Positions 55,585 to 64,000 of a stretch of DNA of 64,000 nt are shown here, in pieces. Location of the stretch: positions 922-64,921 of the forward strand of contig CAYMHI010000004.1 of the NCBI GenBank assembly GCA_964390265.1, written 5' to 3'. A program made the translations under genes and the position numbers. Position 1 is the stretch's first letter; each line of letters begins with the position of its first letter. The notes beneath the pieces are model-generated. The model made no database searches, had not been told where the DNA came from, and saw only the letters and a program-made list of their open reading frames with translations. The stretch comes from an uncultured Candidatus Saccharibacteria bacterium (GTDB lineage Bacteria; Patescibacteriota; Saccharimonadia; CAILAD01; BJGX01).

Positions 55585-57022
55585 AAATAAAGCTTAGTAC
55601 CTGGTCTTGATCAACATTACCAGTATAAAACACAGTGTTACCATTGCCAACTTGTTTCTTGATGTCTTTGACGCTGCTAGCAGTAAGTTCATATTCGTCT
55701 GACGGCAACGTCAAAGAGTAGTTAATTGTGTATGGCCACCCACCTAGTTGCTTTTGCACCAAGCTATTAATTACCAGGCGATCACCAAATAGGTATTTGG
55801 TAGGCACCTTATAGCTTAGAGTGACTTTATTTTGACTAAGCGGTTGAATATAGCGGTAATAGCTCAGTAGCAACTTACCATTTTCTATTTTCTGAAAATA
55901 TGGCCTTGAGCCAACGTTTGCACTATTCATCTGAGTATCGTCAGGCAGGGCAATAGTTATATAGCTTTTATCTTCACCAACCAACCACATCAGTTTATTG
56001 GTGTTTGGATCGATATAACTTATTCTATTTGGTGAAGTATGGTTAGTTACTATCTCTAAATCCAGCTGGCTACTACCATCGGCGAGTATGGTTTGGTGCA
56101 TATTGACGGTATTTTTTATGTATGGAGAGCTTTTATTGGCTGCAAAATTAGCTTCACTTATCATAAAATAGTTTTCATCGGTCTTGCTCAACTCACCCGC
56201 TGCACCTATCTTGCGTATCAATGACTCGGTTTTTGGATCACTGCTATATATTACAATTTGCTTTTGATTAATCAGATCTTGAATGTTAGGCAATATATTT
56301 TTGATTTCTATTATATCTTTAGAAAGGAGACGTGAAACCAATACATTAGAGAGATTACCCAGTACACCAGATTTGGGGTCTTTTTTTTGTAGTTTATCTT
56401 TGCCAGCCTCCACCTCAAGCTGAACGGAATCTCTAAAATTGTCTTTGGTGACAGTTAAGTTATAGTCTTTTAAATAGACTGGTCCTAACTTGTCTAAGAG
56501 TGTCTCTAAAACCTCTGGTGTAATCTGAACAACGTTATTTACTCCTATAGATGTATTTAGTTGATAAAAATACATCACTCTTTTGGCGTTGCTAGGGAAG
56601 TCTAAATAGTTACTACTATCTCTTAGTGACGAGCAATCTATTAGATTGACCGCCAAATAATCTGGTTGACTATAGTTTTTATCTCTACAAAAATCAGGTG
56701 AGTCAATACTATATACACCTACTAATGGATCAGCTTTTATTTTGCCTTGATTAGAGTTAATTAAACCAAGAGTGCCAATAAACCCGCCACCCGTTCTTAT
56801 CTCGGCGTTATTTGCTAATACCAAAAGTGTTTTTTGCGGGCTATCATAGCCTGCTAATGATCTGTACAGGTCTTGATAGGGCTGGAATTTATTCGCCTCA
56901 ACCTCGAGTGATTGAAAATAATGGCCCAATCTAACAGATACCGTAAACGCAGTCATTAAAAGCGCAGCAATAACTAGAGCAACCACTATACTATTTTGTC
57001 GCTTAGAGTTTTTTACTGTCAT
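55571..57022 (-). CDS. DUF4012-domain protein
   Basis: N-terminal TM, NNAEIRTGGGFIG, LRDS...DFP, ANKS. Confidence 0.75.
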   Translation of the reverse strand: MTVKNSKRQNSIVVALVIAALLMTAFTVSVRLGHYFQSLEVEANKFQPYQDLYRSLAGYDSPQKTLLVLANNAEIRTGGGFIGTLGLINSNQGKIKADPLVGVYSIDSPDFCRDKNYSQPDYLAVNLIDCSSLRDSSNYLDFPSNAKRVMYFYQLNTSIGVNNVVQITPEVLETLLDKLGPVYLKDYNLTVTKDNFRDSVQLEVEAGKDKLQKKDPKSGVLGNLSNVLVSRLLSKDIIEIKNILPNIQDLINQKQIVIYSSDPKTESLIRKIGAAGELSKTDENYFMISEANFAANKSSPYIKNTVNMHQTILADGSSQLDLEIVTNHTSPNRISYIDPNTNKLMWLVGEDKSYITIALPDDTQMNSANVGSRPYFQKIENGKLLLSYYRYIQPLSQNKVTLSYKVPTKYLFGDRLVINSLVQKQLGGWPYTINYSLTLPSDEYELTASSVKDIKKQVGNGNTVFYTGNVDQDQVLSFIYEKP

Positions 57023-58124
57023 TACGACCTTTCTGCCTCATTTTGGAGTCTACTAGGCCAAGAATATTATTGACAAAGCGTTTTTTTGAGAATAGTTCTG
57101 CTCTAGCTGATATTGTAGCCGTAGAGTAATTGATTTGCTCAGATGCCATCATTGCTTTTACTACCGATTCGACACTTTGTTTATCAAAAAAAATACCTGT
57201 TTTACCATCTATAACTGTTTCTGAGGCTCCGCCATAGCCATAAGCTATTACTGGCTTGCCTGCCGACATCGCTTCAACTGGAGTAATACCAAAATCTTCG
57301 TTAGCAGTAAAAATAAAAGCTTTGCAATTTTGAAAATACTGTTCGGTTTGTGCATCTGATAACGAACCCAGGAACTCTATTGTGGGACCAGCAATTGATT
57401 GTAAGTACTTCATTTCTGCTCCATCCCCAACTATTTTAAGGGGTAGCTTGAGCTCATTGCAGGCCTGTATAGCCAGATCTACCCTTTTATATGGAATTAG
57501 TCTACTCACGACCAAATAGTACTCACCTTTTATTTTGTTTGCCTTAAATCTGCCAGTGTCAACCGGCGGGAATATTACTTGGGCTGAGCGATTATAGTAG
57601 CGATCAATCCTATCAGCAACTGTTTGTGAGTTAGCTACCAGCACATCTGGCCTTTGAGCAGCCGCATAATCCCAGCGTCTCATTTTTTTTACATAATGTG
57701 GCATTACTAGTCTTACAAAGGGATTTAATACACCCATACCGGGTGATTGTAGATAATCCTCATATCCACTCCAATAATAACGTGTAGGGGTGTGTATGTA
57801 GGATATATGCAAAGTTTCGGTAGTAGTTATAATCCCTTTAGCTTCAGCGCTACTCGATGAGATTACCAAGTCGTATTGCGAAAAATTAAAACTTTCAAAG
57901 GCAAGAGTGCGCAACATCGGGTAGAGTTGATGTTTATTTTGTGCCAATGGCCAGTTTTGTAAAAAAGAAGTGCGTACTTCTCTATCCTCAAACATGCTCA
58001 ATTTATTTGGATTATATATACTTGTATAGATATGTGCATCTGGGTAAGCTTCGGCGAGCGCCGCCATAACCCTTTCTCCACCTCCTAGGTTAGTCAACCA
58101 GTCATGAACCAAAGCCACCCTCAT
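57003..58124 (-). CDS. GT4 glycosyltransferase
   Basis: VALVHDWL..GGGERV, HTPTRY, EDFGITPVEAM. Confidence 0.92.
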   Translation of the reverse strand: MRVALVHDWLTNLGGGERVMAALAEAYPDAHIYTSIYNPNKLSMFEDREVRTSFLQNWPLAQNKHQLYPMLRTLAFESFNFSQYDLVISSSSAEAKGIITTTETLHISYIHTPTRYYWSGYEDYLQSPGMGVLNPFVRLVMPHYVKKMRRWDYAAAQRPDVLVANSQTVADRIDRYYNRSAQVIFPPVDTGRFKANKIKGEYYLVVSRLIPYKRVDLAIQACNELKLPLKIVGDGAEMKYLQSIAGPTIEFLGSLSDAQTEQYFQNCKAFIFTANEDFGITPVEAMSAGKPVIAYGYGGASETVIDGKTGIFFDKQSVESVVKAMMASEQINYSTATISARAELFSKKRFVNNILGLVDSKMRQKGRNDSKKL

Positions 58125-58130
58125 AACAAC

Positions 58131-59546
58131 TTAATATCCATTTCTATGAAACAGTACAGGTATGGTACGAATTAAGATTGCTATATCTAAGCCAATGCTC
58201 CAGTTTTCAATATAATAAACATCTAGTTTTACCCTACTGTCATAGTTAACGTCGTTGCGTCCAGACACCTGCCAAAGACCAGTCAAGCCAGGCTTGATAT
58301 GTAAAAAAAGACCAGACTCGTCGCCGTATCGTTCCAGCTCAGAAGCAACAATTGGCCGTGGACCCACAAAGCTCAAGTCGCCCTTGATTATATTTATCAG
58401 CTGAGGAATCTCGTCGATACTACTGCGTCGCAAAAAACCGCCTAGCGGACTCACACGAGGGTCATTTTTTAGTTTTTGATCTCTTTTAAACTCTTCAATT
58501 AATGCCGGGTCGTTAAAGCCTTTTATGACTTCTATATCGTCTTTACCGCTGTATTTACCCCCAGTACAATACTCTTGCTTCATGGTTCTTAACTTGTATA
58601 TCATAATAGCCTTACCAGAACGGGTTAGTCGCTTGTGAGCATAAAAGACCGGGCCTGGATCAAATATTTTAATTAATATCCCTATAATTAGTAAAAAAGG
58701 TGCAGCTATAATCAATACTAAGCAAGCAAATAGGATATCTACAAAACGCTTAACAATTCTGCCCCATCCCTCTAAAGGTGTAGACACCAACTCCATAACG
58801 GGTATATTTTTTATTCTATTCATACGCATGGGCACGTTGTACATTTGCCCCATCGTTGGAACGATATGTAGCTGTATTTGATTTTGACGGCAAAAATTAG
58901 CACATTTTAGAGTAACTTCTTTATCAAGACCATCCTCTAACAAGAAAATATCATCTAACGAGTGTTGATTATGTTGTAAGTTTAGCCACGAAATTGATAA
59001 ATCATTTTTTACTGCCTTGTTGCCAGCCACCCAGTAAAGCCTAAATTCCTCTTTTAGATCTTTCTCAAAACCAATTCTTGATGGCCCCTTGCCGAGTATC
59101 AACACATTGTGCGTTCCTAAACCTATCCTGTAAAACATTTGCTGAACTCCATACAATATAAATCTAGCCAGCCCTACAAATACTACTGCGAATACAAATC
59201 CATAAATTGGTATTGCTTTAGATGGGAATATTGGTTCTTTTGAGAAGAAGTCGATAATTATTAGTGTCATTACACCTACCGCAGAGGCCATCACTACCCT
59301 GCTCATCTCGGCCATTCTTGAGCGTGTAGCCTTGAGGTCGTACAGCCCAGCGAAGGCAAAAATAACTATCCATAATACCAAAACCGGCAAAATAACTCTT
59401 ATAAACGATCGACCAGAAACTAAATAGGCGAGTGGCTTGGACTGCTCTTGCCGAACTATATAGGCCATAGCAAAACCAGCAACTACCATAAGATAGTCGA
59501 TTGGTACCAATACGGCCCGAAAAAATAATTCACTGCGTTTTTTCAT
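58131..59546 (-). CDS. Undecaprenyl-phosphate sugar-1-phosphate transferase (WcaJ/WbaP family)
   Basis: N-terminal TMs, KRFVDI, KLRTM, DPRV, SIDEIPQL, KPGLTGLWQVSGR. Confidence 0.93.
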   Translation of the reverse strand: MKKRSELFFRAVLVPIDYLMVVAGFAMAYIVRQEQSKPLAYLVSGRSFIRVILPVLVLWIVIFAFAGLYDLKATRSRMAEMSRVVMASAVGVMTLIIIDFFSKEPIFPSKAIPIYGFVFAVVFVGLARFILYGVQQMFYRIGLGTHNVLILGKGPSRIGFEKDLKEEFRLYWVAGNKAVKNDLSISWLNLQHNQHSLDDIFLLEDGLDKEVTLKCANFCRQNQIQLHIVPTMGQMYNVPMRMNRIKNIPVMELVSTPLEGWGRIVKRFVDILFACLVLIIAAPFLLIIGILIKIFDPGPVFYAHKRLTRSGKAIMIYKLRTMKQEYCTGGKYSGKDDIEVIKGFNDPALIEEFKRDQKLKNDPRVSPLGGFLRRSSIDEIPQLINIIKGDLSFVGPRPIVASELERYGDESGLFLHIKPGLTGLWQVSGRNDVNYDSRVKLDVYYIENWSIGLDIAILIRTIPVLFHRNGY

Positions 59547-59575
59547 ATTTTGCTTACAACTTACTTAGTTATTAT

Positions 59576-59609
59576 AACAAAATACTCTCTTTGACTGAGA
59601 GTATTTGTT
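59576..59609 (-). terminator. Terminator downstream of rnpB
   Basis: AAATACTCTC...GAGAGTATTT stem with flanking T-run. Confidence 0.6.
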
Positions 59610-59613
59610 AAGT

Positions 59614-59996
59614 AAGTTAGCTATAAGCCGAATTTTGTCCTCCGTCAATTGACGGATGGGTAATCATCTATCTTCCCTTGCGAGACGCCTCTCATCACTC
59701 GGTGGTGAGAGATCGTGCGATATACCCGAAATAGAGCGAGTAACTCCTCTGCCAAACGGCAGATGGGCCCATAATCTTGCAGCCAATAGGGTTTACCACC
59801 TCTTATAGTCACCTATAAGAGTCGTGAGCTCTTACCCCACACTTTTCACCCTTACCCTTCACCGGTATCGATGAGGGGCGGTATTGTTTCTGCGGCACTT
59901 TCCCGAGGGTTACCCCTGGTTGCCGTTAGCAACTATTGTACTCTGTGCTGTTCGGACTTTCCTACCGTCAATTGACGGTCGATTACCCACTAACTC
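59614..59996 (-). ncRNA. rnpB: RNase P RNA (type A-like)
   Basis: Minus strand GGAAAGTCCGAAC, GAAAGTGCCGCAGAAA, GGTAAACCC, ACAAAATTCGGCTTA; complementary ends form P1. Confidence 0.95.
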
Positions 59997-60035
59997 ACTA
60001 ACTAATAATATAGCATCTTTATATGGTTTTGTCTA

Positions 60036-60443
60036 CTAAGTATGGCTATCTAGACAAATATTTACTTGCTCATCTGCAAGTTTGTTATCTTCTCGATACA
60101 CATGCGTAAAAGATACTTCAAGTCCTGCCAGTTTACCTACTATATCTTGATAGAGTGGTTTGATATTGGCATTTTTAACTTTGTATTCCCCGTTGAGCTG
60201 TTTTACTACTAGCATGCTATCTAAGTAAAATTCGATCTTGCATTTTTTATACTCACCCAGGTTATCTAGAGCTAATGTAACTGCTCTATATTCGGCAAAA
60301 TTATTGGTTTGAATACCCAAGTACTCATTATATTCGGCTATCAATTTGTTATCTGAGGTCAAAAATACTACACCAGCTGCCGCTGGCCCGGGATTACCCC
60401 TAGATCCTCCATCACAGAATATTTTTATCGTCTTATTAGCCAT
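60036..60443 (-). CDS. Ribonuclease HI family protein
   Basis: DGGSRGNPG, TNNFAEY, DSMLVV, HVYREDNKLAD. Confidence 0.92.
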   Translation of the reverse strand: MANKTIKIFCDGGSRGNPGPAAAGVVFLTSDNKLIAEYNEYLGIQTNNFAEYRAVTLALDNLGEYKKCKIEFYLDSMLVVKQLNGEYKVKNANIKPLYQDIVGKLAGLEVSFTHVYREDNKLADEQVNICLDSHT

Positions 60444-61210
60444 ATTGCTATTATACTCGCTCCTAAGATTATTCTATACAGCACAAATATTAACATTGAG
60501 TGGCTCTTAAGGTAATCTAGCAGCCATTTAATAACTAATATACCAACAATAAAAGTTACGACTATACCTAAAATAAGATCTAAATTAGAGACCGATCTAA
60601 TTGGTTCGTTTATCAGACTAACTGCCTTATATAGGCCTGCTCCTAAAGATATGGGGGTTGCCAGTAAAAAACTAAACCTGGCGGCATCTTCTCGTTTTAA
60701 TCCTAACCACAATCCAGCAGTGATAGTTATACCTGAACGAGAAGTGCCCGGAATAAGAGCGACTGCCTGAGCAAAGCCAATTATTAGGCTCTGTTTTAAT
60801 GTAATTTTATCAACATCTTCATTTAATTTGGCAGTTTTATCAACATATAACAGTAAAAATCCAAATAATATCATGCCAACTGCTAATATTAATGGCGCAT
60901 ACTCACTAGCATGCAAATATTGTTCAATATATTTATCACCAAAAAAACCAATAAACAAGGCTGGTAAGGTAGCTATTACAATGTATTTTATTAACTTATC
61001 TTTTTTTAGAATCATCTGCCAAAATTCTTTGCCAAAAAACACCAAAAGAGCCATAGCTGTACCTATATGTAGCGCAGCATCAAAGGCTAAGCCGGGGTCG
61101 GCAAAATTAAAAACCCAAGGCACTAATAGTAGGTGTGCCGAGGAAGATATGGGCAAGAACTCGGTAATCGCCTGTACAAATGAAAGAATAATAACTACAA
61201 AAATATTCAT
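60425..61210 (-). CDS. uppP: Undecaprenyl-diphosphatase (BacA/UppP)
   Basis: TEFLPISSSAHL, PGTSRSG, AARFSFLL. Confidence 0.95.
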   Translation of the reverse strand: MNIFVVIILSFVQAITEFLPISSSAHLLLVPWVFNFADPGLAFDAALHIGTAMALLVFFGKEFWQMILKKDKLIKYIVIATLPALFIGFFGDKYIEQYLHASEYAPLILAVGMILFGFLLLYVDKTAKLNEDVDKITLKQSLIIGFAQAVALIPGTSRSGITITAGLWLGLKREDAARFSFLLATPISLGAGLYKAVSLINEPIRSVSNLDLILGIVVTFIVGILVIKWLLDYLKSHSMLIFVLYRIILGASIIAIWLIRR

Positions 61211-61620
61211 TTTTGACTATCTAGCTCGTTGAGCTTAGACCTAATTTTAGTAGCTTCTTTTGAGATATCTTCCAAATTAGACTCTCTGGCTTTGTCGTGG
61301 TCCATATCGGCTATATCGAATAACGACAATATGTGAATATGTACGTGAGGAATCTCAAAGCCAACAGCGCTCAAGCCAACCTTGGGTGGTTTGTAGAGCG
61401 TTTTTATTACCCTTCCTACATCTTGAGCCAATAACATCATTTCTTGCCATGTTTCACTAGGTAGATCTTGCCAATCAGCTATCTGAGCCTTTGGAACTAT
61501 GAGTACGTGGCCGGGGTTGTGTGGAGCAATAGTAAGCATCGCAAAACACTTATCACCTTTATAGACTACCTCTCCAGGTAACTCACCATTAAAAACTTTT
61601 GTAAAAACTGTTTCTAACAT
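61207..61620 (-). CDS. HIT family hydrolase
   Basis: GHVLIVPK and PHVHIH histidine triad. Confidence 0.92.
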   Translation of the reverse strand: MLETVFTKVFNGELPGEVVYKGDKCFAMLTIAPHNPGHVLIVPKAQIADWQDLPSETWQEMMLLAQDVGRVIKTLYKPPKVGLSAVGFEIPHVHIHILSLFDIADMDHDKARESNLEDISKEATKIRSKLNELDSQK

Positions 61621-61631
61621 ACTTATATACT

Positions 61632-63995
61632 CTACGCCTGAAGATCGCCAACATCAAGCGTAATCTGGGCCCCCTTCTGAACCTTGCCAGATAATATTTG
61701 TTTGGCAACGGTATTTTCTACCAAGCGCTGTACGGCACGACGCATTGGCCTAGCGCCTAACCTAGGATCGTAACCAGCCTCAACCAAGCTAACATAAGCC
61801 GGCTCAGTTAGTTGTATAGAAATCTTTTTAGGTACAAGCTCAGTGTTGATCTCTCTAATCATCAGGTATGCAACCTGCAGTAACTCTTGTTTATTTAGCG
61901 GCCTAAATAGTACTAGCTCATCAAAACGATTTATAAGCTCGGGTTTAAACAAGTGTTGATTGATAATATTATCGGTAAATTCTTGCTCAAACTGCTCAAG
62001 TGCTTGCCCGGCTTCAATACGAGCTCGAATTTCATCAGAGCCAGCGTTGGAAGTACAAATTATAATTGCCTCCTTAAATGATACCTTACGGCCACTCTCG
62101 TCGGTCAAGTCGCCTTCGTCTAATAGTTGCAATAGTAGATCTAAAATGTCTGGGTTGGCTTTTTCAATTTCGTCAAACAACACCACCGAGAAAGGCTTTT
62201 GCGAGATAGCTTCGAGTAGCGGACTGCCAGCTTGGTCTTCGGTGGTAGCCGACAAAAACCTATGAACGTCTTCGTTGGTTTGGTATTCACTCATATCTAG
62301 GCGAATCATATTTTCTTCGCCGCCAAAATAAACTGCTGCCAAAGATTTGGCTAGCTCCGTTTTACCCACCCCAGTAGGGCCCAGAAATAGAAAACTACCC
62401 ACTGGACGGCTAGTATTGCGTACCCCAGCACGTGATCGGCGCAAGGCATCAGCTACCACCTTAACAGCTCTCACCTGGTTAATCATACGTTCATGGATAA
62501 GAGACTCTAACTGTAATAGCTGACCTTTCTCTTGAGTATCGCCCTCTTGCACCTTAGTATTAGCAAGTATCTCTACTGCCTGCTGAACTGACTCGGGTGT
62601 AATAAAGCCATCAACTGGATAATTACAGCTATCCTCAAGTAGATCGATAGCCTTTGAAGGCAAACCCTTGTCTTGTATGTAGCGCTCAGATAATCTGTAG
62701 GTTTCTTGAAGTGCTTTATAGGTAATAGGATGCCCGTACTGAGCTTCATAATGAATTGCAATATCTTGCAGTATGGCGATTGTTTGTTTCTCATCAGTTT
62801 GTGCCACGTCTACCCTGGCAAAAGTTTGTGATAACGCTGGGTTGCTTGATGTCAGCTTATGCCAGTCTTGGCTATTTAGAGCAATTATGCATTTAAGGCC
62901 AGTTCTCTCAAGTATTGGTAGTAGTATTTTAGAAATATTAACCGTACCTGGCTCGTTGCTAAAAAATAGCTGTGCTTCATCAAAAAACAATATAATATTG
63001 CCTGCTCGAACGGTATTGACAAATATTTGCTCAAAAATTTGCTCTATGTGGCTCTCTTCAGTTACAGAAGCTGTAATCACTGTCGGGTCAATTTGAATTA
63101 TTTGTTTGTACTGAAGATTCGCATCGGTTTCACCCCGTATCATTTGATCAGCCAGGGCGTAGACTAGAGCCGACTTACCTACGCCATTATCACCTACCAA
63201 GGCAACACTTCCTCGGTTAGGTCTAGACAGACTATTTGACATCTGCTCTAAGACATGGCCACGTGACACACTAGAGAAATCTTGATTGCCATTTTGAATC
63301 TCAAGACTAATGTTGTGGCCATACTGATCTAGAATGGGAGTAAAGCCAGAAGACCAATCTCTACCAACTCCGCCAAAAACACTACTTTTTTTAGGTGTCA
63401 GCTGTCTTTTGAGTAGCGATTCTTGCCACTGCAAACCCTGCACAATATCTTCGGTGTCTAAAGCCAAACCTCTTATGTAAGCAACGATTTGCGGACTACC
63501 GACCATAATGGCCGTAGCAATTACCCCAGCCGTCACTTCTCGCACCGGCATTTGAGCAACTAGCTGTAAACAAAGGTGCCACATAGCAACGCTATCGGCT
63601 TTGTTTTGCGAAATATTGTTTTTTATACTATCTTCATTCAACTCATAATGAACCATCAAAAAGCTGACTTCCCAGTTGTTTCTAATATTATCCCAAACCT
63701 GGCGTGGTGACATATCGGCATTAATGCTTGATACAATATCACTTGCTAACACTTGATCTAGTGCCAATGGCCCATTACCTGCAGCTATAATTGCCGGAAT
63801 TTCGCTGAGATCCCAACGCCACCAGTAACCAAAGCATATAAACGCCATCGCCAAGCCTGCAAGCGAGTAGCCCACATGGATACCTATTATTACTAACGCA
63901 ACGCTAGCAGCTATCGCTATAAATCCTAATAAAATAGCAAGCTTGCCAATAGACTTAGGCAAACGACCCACCAACTTAGCTTTTCTCACCCTCAT
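61632..63995 (-). CDS. Membrane-anchored Clp/Hsp100 double-AAA+ ATPase
   Basis: Two N-terminal TMs; GDNGVGKS/FFDEAQ and GPTGVGKT/LFDEIEKA, RLDMSEY, GARPMRR. Start lies at the window edge. Confidence 0.88.
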   Translation of the reverse strand: MRVRKAKLVGRLPKSIGKLAILLGFIAIAASVALVIIGIHVGYSLAGLAMAFICFGYWWRWDLSEIPAIIAAGNGPLALDQVLASDIVSSINADMSPRQVWDNIRNNWEVSFLMVHYELNEDSIKNNISQNKADSVAMWHLCLQLVAQMPVREVTAGVIATAIMVGSPQIVAYIRGLALDTEDIVQGLQWQESLLKRQLTPKKSSVFGGVGRDWSSGFTPILDQYGHNISLEIQNGNQDFSSVSRGHVLEQMSNSLSRPNRGSVALVGDNGVGKSALVYALADQMIRGETDANLQYKQIIQIDPTVITASVTEESHIEQIFEQIFVNTVRAGNIILFFDEAQLFFSNEPGTVNISKILLPILERTGLKCIIALNSQDWHKLTSSNPALSQTFARVDVAQTDEKQTIAILQDIAIHYEAQYGHPITYKALQETYRLSERYIQDKGLPSKAIDLLEDSCNYPVDGFITPESVQQAVEILANTKVQEGDTQEKGQLLQLESLIHERMINQVRAVKVVADALRRSRAGVRNTSRPVGSFLFLGPTGVGKTELAKSLAAVYFGGEENMIRLDMSEYQTNEDVHRFLSATTEDQAGSPLLEAISQKPFSVVLFDEIEKANPDILDLLLQLLDEGDLTDESGRKVSFKEAIIICTSNAGSDEIRARIEAGQALEQFEQEFTDNIINQHLFKPELINRFDELVLFRPLNKQELLQVAYLMIREINTELVPKKISIQLTEPAYVSLVEAGYDPRLGARPMRRAVQRLVENTVAKQILSGKVQKGAQITLDVGDLQA

Positions 63996-64000
63996 GGTAT

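Noticed and set aside
796-63096. Numerous short antisense or overlapping ORFs in the track (e.g. 1547-2212, 3738-4142, 54294-54749)
   Set aside because: Shadow frames opposite well-supported genes, with no motifs or initiation signals.
1-64000. Recoded UGA (genetic code 25)
   Set aside because: Long genes are intact under code 11 and argS ends on TGA at the expected C-terminus.

Overview
A 64 kb chromosomal segment of a small-genome, AT-rich bacterium using the standard code (TGA is a stop). The gene content suggests Patescibacteria/CPR; this is an inference, not a phylogenetic result. Housekeeping genes include gyrBA, pheST, trpS, argS, smpB, infC-rpmI-rplT, class I fba, rmuC, comM, uppP, RNase HI, a UvrD-nuclease fusion, tmRNA and RNase P RNA, alongside envelope and glycosylation genes. 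Five observations stand out. (1) PheT carries a complete NlpC/P60 Cys-His hydrolase domain inserted in its B5 subdomain. (2) A ~520 nt apparently non-coding transcription unit at 23.5-24.0 kb has a consensus promoter, a boxA-like element, five hairpins and a terminator; a second ~140 nt unit of similar design lies at 35.8 kb. (3) An operon of secreted N/S/T/G-rich repeat proteins, with large intergenic hairpins, resembles a functional-amyloid or fibre system. (4) An array of unrecognised ORFs beside the tmRNA 3' end has genes packaged with terminators, promoters and a shared GYACCTACC leader. (5) A TAAGCATAAGC motif recurs in promoter spacers. All calls come from reading motifs by eye; no database search was run.
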